NCBI RefSeq assembly: GCF_000143415.4
Contig: NW_003314710.1
Coordinates: 1 to 7,095, forward strand
Length of the DNA: 7,095 nt
Origin: Selaginella moellendorffii
Lineage: Eukaryota > Plantae > Lycopodiophyta
Reading direction: 5' to 3'
Shown: positions 1 to 5,789 of the stretch, piece by piece
How positions within the stretch are numbered: the first letter of the stretch is position 1
How the letters are laid out: each line of letters opens with the position of its first letter
The notes under the pieces: model-generated
The model's database searches: none
Told to the model about the DNA's origin: nothing
Seen by the model: the letters and a program-made list of their open reading frames with translations, nothing else
Made by a program: the position numbers and the translations under genes

Positions 1-2
1 TA

Positions 3-2888
3 TCCGGAACTTGGCTTGAACCACTCCACAGTTACATTGAAGGAGTTAGTTTCCGCGTCCTCCTCTGCATCAGTGATGCAGCGCCCCACCCATATCATTT
101 GTTTTTTATTACTGGGTCTGACAAGCACGACCATTCCTTTGCAGACCTGTACTGGATTGAATGCTGAATCCGGCTTCTTGTTCCTCGGCCCACAATAGTG
201 ATCCTCAACATCGTTATCTGTCACTGCATTTCCAGAGGACATTGTTCCGCTACTATCTGGTGCTCTGGGTTCTGGCCAAAAGGACTCTTCCAATTCTTCA
301 TATACAACCGGCCCATTTTGGATAGTAGATATAATCTTCTCCCAGTATTCGAGCAAAGGCTTGCACCTCTGAAAATAGGATTCTCCACCAAACACCAACC
401 CCCTCTTCCAGAAGGCAATATGCTGTCTAATCCCGGCCACTATACTTTCCTGGTCTTTGAGTCCATCCGGGTGCATCGGCCGTGGGGAACCCTGAGGAAT
501 CATAGGTTCCCCAGTTATGGGATCTCTCTTGAAGAGTTCAATGCCGTCCACTGGCAGCCACACTGTGTCCCATTCTCTCATCTTGTACCTCATCACTGGA
601 GCACCGTCACACATGCTGAAATGAAACTGAAGAGGCTTGTAGTGGCCAATCAGCGTTTCGGATCCATCCCTGATGTAGCCTCTTACAAACCCCTTAAAGT
701 CTGGAACCTCTGTCAGAAGTGCAGCTTCAACAGTGCCTTTGATGCAATTTTGGAATTCATCGTAGAGTTGTGGGAGGGTGAGGACATTGGATCGCCGGAG
801 GGACTCTGCCAGGTGACTGAACATGGCATCGACGTCTTCATGAGTGTGCCCAACCATGAGAAAGCCAAGTGTAACCGTTTCAAATATGCCTTTGGCAACA
901 AGCATCGCCAAGTACGTGAAGACGTACATGTTTTTGTTCTCACTGCCAGCATTGTCTGTTTGGAGCAGAAGATGGGGTGGAAGGCCACATCGGCCGCAAG
1001 AACTTCCTTGAGATTCTACTTCGTTTGGATGAGGCTGTGCATTCACCGGGCGACCAGCCTCGTCGGAATGGCATGAGGCCTCACGTGATAACCCTACAAT
1101 CTGACGGCCAACATATTCACTGGGATGGCATGGGGCCCCACGCGATACTGCAAGCCTTTGCTCCTCCTCCAGCTGAACCCTGTATGGGGTTCGATCGACA
1201 AGGGCCTTATGCAAGGGTTGGCCGTTCAGCTCAGTCTGCGCACTTTGCAGAGACCTTAAGTGTTTTGCTAGGGACGCAATCATCATGTTTGCACCCCCGC
1301 CACCCCATAGAGGCACAAAGAAGTTCCCATAGTTCTGGGCACCATGCCCATGAGCGATTATGCCAAACAAAGACACAGACAGCTGCATGGATGAAGAGAT
1401 TGCCTTGGGGGCAGGATTGAGTCGAGGTAAGCACGTCTTTTTCTGATCCATTTTGTCGTGGATGATGCAGAGGTAAGAGTCAGGTCTCTCCATGGAGAGA
1501 ATCCTGTTATGATAATATGCAGTCCTGCAGCTTCTCTGCTCGATGTTGTGGTCGAGCCGCCTTCTAACCAACGTCTCTCGCTCTTGAGCGCTGCAAGAAT
1601 TCTTCGACAAAGCCATTTTGATAGCAGTGCACTCGTCACACTTTGAAAAGCTGGAGTACTTTCCTATACTCACATCCCTGAACCTGTTGCTCCACAATCT
1701 ACTAAATCTAGATTGGCTCAGCTTCCTGTAGCCATTACTCTGGAGTTCCCGATTCACATCTTCCAATATGGCCCCCTTGGTATACATGGAAGGGAGAACT
1801 CGTTGGGTGTCTCGTGTTCCATCTTCCAAGAGGCGGGTTTTATGTGGTTGCTGCTCGCTACATGTCTCGACAAACCTCTTGAAGATTGCCTCTCCATATA
1901 CAACATGACCCCTGGTTTTGTGCGTACCGTCGTTCCCATGGACTGCCTGTTGAACCTTTTGTTCCTCGAACTCAGTTTTGATTCTGTAGAATGTGCTTCG
2001 AGGGACTCCATAAATGATTCTCCATGCCTTCATGCAGACCAAACCCCTCTGGAAGACCATGCCCCCCACCTGATGTTCTGAAGCATCAACAGATGACCGT
2101 AATGCCTCATACACAAAATTGCGAGCTGCCTTCCAGGACAATGTCTTGTATCTTGCTCTCTCCTCTTCAATAGCATCCCAATCAGCATGTTGACAGCACC
2201 TCCTCTTGCAACAAGCAACTGTCGAGACCATTCGAACCTCCATCGCCATTTTCTGCCTTTTCGGTTCGTTGCTCAGATCCCTTTGGCTGCGCTTTAGGAA
2301 GGTGTACTTTCTTTTCCCATGAAGAGATGTTCTGTCATCAGTTGTAGTGGTGTTTGATTGTGAATCCTTCACATTCTCAAACACTAAGTGCCTCAATTTC
2401 CACCGCACAATGCTTCCAATAGTCAGACTGTTTTCTTCTGTGTCAACAACCTCTAAAATCGCAACTCCAATATCATCCCAGCCCAATTCTTGATTAGCAA
2501 CCGCATCTCTTGGATCGACAACTGTGGCTAAGCCCTCAGCTACCACCTCCCCCTCGGGGTTGTTTAGAAACACTTTTGCCTGAATCCATGTAGCACGGTT
2601 CTTAAGATCCACGGAGGGAACATGCGTCGCACTTGCGCTGTCCCCAACATCTGCTTTCTTCTGAAGATTTTTCAAGGCAACAACAACATTTACCCCGACG
2701 ACTATCTCTCCTCGTTCAATAGCGACCACATTCCCATCGAAGACAGTCTCTACTGATACAGCAGCATTGCCTTCCCCAAGCCTTTCACAGTGTATAACAA
2801 AGTTCCGATCCATAGACACAAGGGTCCCTTTTGCAACTCTCTTCCCACCATTCAAAATGTAAACCTTTTCCCCAACCCTGAAGGCCAT
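3..2888 (-). CDS. Putative DDE transposase, DUF7869/Sola-like; at least 962 aa, 3' end outside the window
   Basis: Manual translation from ATG 2888-2886 (MAFRVGEKVYIL...) has no stop down to position 3 (...NVTVEWFKPSSG). An in-frame TAA lies 8 codons upstream of the ATG. Motifs in order: CCKRRCCQ (~aa226), VCMKAWRIIYGVPRSTFYR, HGNDG, FSKCDEC (C417/C420) then H447, LCIIHDKMDQKKTCLP (D478, 1457-1455), AHGHG, LPPHLLLQTDNAGSENKN (D645, 956-954), LGFLMVGHTHEDVDAMFS (aa680-687, 851-828). This order matches DUF7869/Sola-type RNase H-fold transposases as I recall them. Confidence 0.9.
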   Translation of the reverse strand, partial: MAFRVGEKVYILNGGKRVAKGTLVSMDRNFVIHCERLGEGNAAVSVETVFDGNVVAIERGEIVVGVNVVVALKNLQKKADVGDSASATHVPSVDLKNRATWIQAKVFLNNPEGEVVAEGLATVVDPRDAVANQELGWDDIGVAILEVVDTEENSLTIGSIVRWKLRHLVFENVKDSQSNTTTTDDRTSLHGKRKYTFLKRSQRDLSNEPKRQKMAMEVRMVSTVACCKRRCCQHADWDAIEEERARYKTLSWKAARNFVYEALRSSVDASEHQVGGMVFQRGLVCMKAWRIIYGVPRSTFYRIKTEFEEQKVQQAVHGNDGTHKTRGHVVYGEAIFKRFVETCSEQQPHKTRLLEDGTRDTQRVLPSMYTKGAILEDVNRELQSNGYRKLSQSRFSRLWSNRFRDVSIGKYSSFSKCDECTAIKMALSKNSCSAQERETLVRRRLDHNIEQRSCRTAYYHNRILSMERPDSYLCIIHDKMDQKKTCLPRLNPAPKAISSSMQLSVSLFGIIAHGHGAQNYGNFFVPLWGGGGANMMIASLAKHLRSLQSAQTELNGQPLHKALVDRTPYRVQLEEEQRLAVSRGAPCHPSEYVGRQIVGLSREASCHSDEAGRPVNAQPHPNEVESQGSSCGRCGLPPHLLLQTDNAGSENKNMYVFTYLAMLVAKGIFETVTLGFLMVGHTHEDVDAMFSHLAESLRRSNVLTLPQLYDEFQNCIKGTVEAALLTEVPDFKGFVRGYIRDGSETLIGHYKPLQFHFSMCDGAPVMRYKMREWDTVWLPVDGIELFKRDPITGEPMIPQGSPRPMHPDGLKDQESIVAGIRQHIAFWKRGLVFGGESYFQRCKPLLEYWEKIISTIQNGPVVYEELEESFWPEPRAPDSSGTMSSGNAVTDNDVEDHYCGPRNKKPDSAFNPVQVCKGMVVLVRPSNKKQMIWVGRCITDAEEDAETNSFNVTVEWFKPSSG
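1068..1146. repeat. 22-bp palindrome cluster A (2 copies, inside the transposase CDS)
   Basis: ATGGCATGAGGCCTCACGTGAT at 1068-1089 and ATGGCATGGGGCCCCACGCGAT at 1125-1146; 57-bp period. Confidence 0.8.
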
Positions 2889-2889
2889 T

Positions 2890-3199
2890 CTGAAAGTGCA
2901 GAAAAGAAGTTAAGACCATACAAAAAATGATTGGAGAATGGCCTAAATCATAACATACCAAACAACCTCAATAGCATGAGGCCACATGCCATTATTCAAA
3001 CATGCTATTGACACCCACATGAAATTTCGCATTCACAAAATTGGCATGAGGCCTCATGCCATCTTGATATACACACAGCTGCAGGCAAGTAAAAACATAC
3101 ATGACAATACGCTAGCCATGAAATTGCAAGGGCCCAAGATGGCATGTGGCCTCATGCCATTTCTAAATGTGGTCCTAAACCATTCCATGGTGAACATAC
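2890..3199 (-). other. Predicted 5'-UTR intron(s) of the transposase gene
   Basis: The minus strand reads CTTAACTTCTTTTCTGCACTTTCAG|AATG: branch-like site, pyrimidine tract and AG (2891-2890) one base before the ATG. Candidate G|GTATGT donors are at 3199 and 2958, with another possible acceptor near 3079. The acceptor at 2890 is well supported; the donor choice is uncertain. Confidence 0.5.
2971..3160. repeat. 22-bp palindrome cluster B (3 copies)
   Basis: ATAGCATGAGGCCACATGCCAT at 2971-2992, TTGGCATGAGGCCTCATGCCAT at 3041-3062 and ATGGCATGTGGCCTCATGCCAT at 3139-3160. Confidence 0.92.
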
Positions 3200-3254
3200 C
3201 AGGAAGCACAAGTGCCGAATATCAAGAGGAAGCGGTAGCCACACCAAAGACAGT

Positions 3255-3371
3255 GCCGCTCGCAACACCGCAACTACTCGTAGCGCCGCTCGCAACACCG
3301 CAACTGCTCGTAGCGCCGCTCGCACAAACTGCCACTCGCATAAACTGCCGCTCGCAATGGCGCTCGCAATG
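3255..3371. repeat. GC-rich tandem repeat built on GCCGCTCGCA
   Basis: 30-bp unit GCCGCTCGCAACACCGCAACTRCTCGTAGC x2.3 (3255-3324), then 16-bp units GCCRCTCGCAYAAACT (3315-3346) and CGCTCGCAATG x2 ending at 3371. Confidence 0.85.
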
Positions 3372-3678
3372 CCGCAACCGCTTGTAGACGCATAAACCAC
3401 AGCTCACAACGCCGCTTACACAAGCAGCGCTCACTGCGCTCAGCGGAACCAAGAACACGGCGCACAAAAATGATAGACCTAGGAATGAGTTCGAGAATTC
3501 AAAAATAACACACGTTTGAACGTCACATCAAATCCTCTGACAAACCAGATCTTATGATTCCTCTGACAAATTTCAAACTGAGTAGCTTCTAGACTTTGCT
3601 GTCGGAGGTTGAACTTTGTCACATCATGTCCTTGCCTCGATCCAGCTGTGCCATGTCAGTGATTCGAACTTTGCCATG

Positions 3679-3696
3679 CCATGTCAGCGATCCGCG
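3679..3696 (+). promoter_or_regulatory. Histone-promoter type I (hexamer-octamer)-like element upstream of the transposase
   Basis: CCATGTCAGCGATCCGCG differs from the plant consensus CCACGTCANCGATCCGCG by one C>T change at a CpG. A degenerate copy, CCATGTCAGTGATTCGAA, lies at 3651-3668. Confidence 0.45.
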
Positions 3697-3750
3697 CCAA
3701 GATTATTCGCCGTGTAAAGGAATAATTATGCTGTGTGTGTACGTCCATTT

Positions 3751-3847
3751 ATGGCAATATAATGCCACATGCCATTCAAAGAATAATGCTAGTCGAGCAT
3801 CTTTTGGTGCATTTTTGGGTTCAAAATTGCATGAGCCCACACGCTAT
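3751..3847. repeat. 22-bp palindrome cluster C (2 degenerate copies)
   Basis: ATGGCAATATAATGCCACATGCCAT at 3751-3775 (altered left half/centre) and ATTGCATGAGCCCACACGCTAT at 3826-3847. Confidence 0.6.
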
Positions 3848-4183
3848 AAAGTTTACCTGTACCAAAAATAGAAACAGCTTTATTTACTTGGGAATTTATA
3901 TGGCTGAGGCATTTTTAAACTTACAAACACATGCCCTACTTACATTCCTTTGGTTGCTTAAAATTCAAAAATATTATAAACCTTTCTTTTTGCATTTTCA
4001 ATGTTTTCAATTATGGTTTTTGATTTTCGCAGGACCAGCCTAGTAATCTATTTGCATCCCGTCATGTTTATAGCTAGCTTTCGTTTGTCCCCTTCGCTAG
4101 CCTGAGATACATCTGCTCGGCATCTGCCTCTTACAGCATTTGCCCAGAAAGGGCATCTTTCTTCACGCAGCATTTGCCACATG

Positions 4184-4215
4184 TTTAGGGTTAGGGTTTA
4201 GGGTTTAGGGTTTAG
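4184..4215 (+). repeat. Short interstitial plant-type telomeric repeat
   Basis: TTTAGGG TTAGGG TTTAGGG TTTAGGG TTTAG. Confidence 0.9.
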
Positions 4216-4328
4216 CAATTCAGTAGCTTGATAAACATGCAAATACAGAACTTGATGAAAATCCTTGGATATGTCACAATGCCCTTAGGACCATAAACAC
4301 ATTTCAATAGAGAGGGTCCTTTCATTTC

Positions 4329-5309
4329 NNNNNNNNNNNNNNNNNNNNNNNNNNNNNNNNNNNNNNNNNNNNNNNNNNNNNNNNNNNNNNNNNNNNNNNN
4401 NNNNNNNNNNNNNNNNNNNNNNNNNNNNNNNNNNNNNNNNNNNNNNNNNNNNNNNNNNNNNNNNNNNNNNNNNNNNNNNNNNNNNNNNNNNNNNNNNNNN
4501 NNNNNNNNNNNNNNNNNNNNNNNNNNNNNNNNNNNNNNNNNNNNNNNNNNNNNNNNNNNNNNNNNNNNNNNNNNNNNNNNNNNNNNNNNNNNNNNNNNNN
4601 NNNNNNNNNNNNNNNNNNNNNNNNNNNNNNNNNNNNNNNNNNNNNNNNNNNNNNNNNNNNNNNNNNNNNNNNNNNNNNNNNNNNNNNNNNNNNNNNNNNN
4701 NNNNNNNNNNNNNNNNNNNNNNNNNNNNNNNNNNNNNNNNNNNNNNNNNNNNNNNNNNNNNNNNNNNNNNNNNNNNNNNNNNNNNNNNNNNNNNNNNNNN
4801 NNNNNNNNNNNNNNNNNNNNNNNNNNNNNNNNNNNNNNNNNNNNNNNNNNNNNNNNNNNNNNNNNNNNNNNNNNNNNNNNNNNNNNNNNNNNNNNNNNNN
4901 NNNNNNNNNNNNNNNNNNNNNNNNNNNNNNNNNNNNNNNNNNNNNNNNNNNNNNNNNNNNNNNNNNNNNNNNNNNNNNNNNNNNNNNNNNNNNNNNNNNN
5001 NNNNNNNNNNNNNNNNNNNNNNNNNNNNNNNNNNNNNNNNNNNNNNNNNNNNNNNNNNNNNNNNNNNNNNNNNNNNNNNNNNNNNNNNNNNNNNNNNNNN
5101 NNNNNNNNNNNNNNNNNNNNNNNNNNNNNNNNNNNNNNNNNNNNNNNNNNNNNNNNNNNNNNNNNNNNNNNNNNNNNNNNNNNNNNNNNNNNNNNNNNNN
5201 NNNNNNNNNNNNNNNNNNNNNNNNNNNNNNNNNNNNNNNNNNNNNNNNNNNNNNNNNNNNNNNNNNNNNNNNNNNNNNNNNNNNNNNNNNNNNNNNNNNN
5301 NNNNNNNNN
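4329..5309. other. Assembly gap or masked region (981 N)
   Basis: Run of N. Confidence 0.99.
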
Positions 5310-5315
5310 ATGCGC

Positions 5316-5399
5316 GCGGCAATCCAGAAATTAATGGTGGCGCCCAAGTCCGAGGAATGATGACGTGGCGGGATTACCAACCGTTGTGACATTTCGCGC
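5316..5399. promoter_or_regulatory. Cluster of cell-cycle-type motifs upstream of the ParB-like gene
   Basis: E2F-type TTTCGCGC at 5392-5399 and ATTGCCGC on the minus strand at 5316-5323. CCACGTCATCATTCCTCG on the minus strand at 5351-5368 is a perfect hexamer part plus a degenerate octamer. An MSA-like CAACGGTT lies on the minus strand at 5379-5386. These are short motifs with no functional evidence. Confidence 0.35.
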
Positions 5400-5430
5400 G
5401 TGTGAGGTTAGGTTTTGCATTTTGCTTTGT

Positions 5431-5581
5431 ACTCGCGCTCGCACACTCGCGCTCCCGCTCGCATCGCGCTCCCACTCGCGATCACGCTCACTTCTCTACA
5501 GGTTTCTCGTGTGCATCGGCGTCCACTCGCGCTTGCATCACACTCGCGCTCGCATCGCGCTCGTGTGCATCGTCGTCCACT
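5431..5581. repeat. CpG-rich low-complexity repeat (CACTCGCGCTCGCA-like)
   Basis: Several ACTCGCGCTC/TCGCGCTC units, plus a 22-bp direct repeat CTCGTGTGCATCGKCGTCCACT at 5506-5527 and 5560-5581. Confidence 0.75.
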
Positions 5582-5789
5582 TCAAGACACACCCAGTTTG
5601 TAACTTCGCCGCCAACTCCGCCGCCCACTCCACCACCCACACGCAGCCCACTTGGCGTCCCGGGAGATTTCAGCGCCACTCTCCAACTGTAAGTGGCAGA
5701 GTAGCCTTGCTGCTACGATCCGCTGCACACACAGTGCACATTCGCCAGCGAGTCCGGCCTCGATTGTCACGGCCTCCATTCGGCTTCAA

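Noticed and set aside
198-1076. 292-aa plus-strand ORF and the other short listed ORFs within 16-2218
   Set aside because: They are antisense or off-frame shadows of the motif-rich minus-strand transposase and have no recognisable motifs.
2971-3160. Palindromic repeats with unique spacers read as a CRISPR array (also 5818-5976)
   Set aside because: Only 2-3 repeats per cluster, spacers of 35-76 bp that vary too much, no cas genes, and a eukaryotic spliced context.
2986-3467. Overlapping ORFs with repeated peptides (PLATPQLLVA and similar)
   Set aside because: Explained by the stop-poor 30-bp GC-rich tandem repeat in a probable leader/intron.
3533-3570. 12-bp direct repeat TCCTCTGACAAA (3533-3544 and 3559-3570) as a TSD
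   Set aside because: The copies are only 14 bp apart with no element between them; more likely a local duplication.
4184-4215. True chromosome end
   Set aside because: Only 32 bp long, with unique sequence on both sides.
4285-5392. 345-aa and 356-aa minus-strand ORFs
   Set aside because: Artefacts of translating through 981 Ns.
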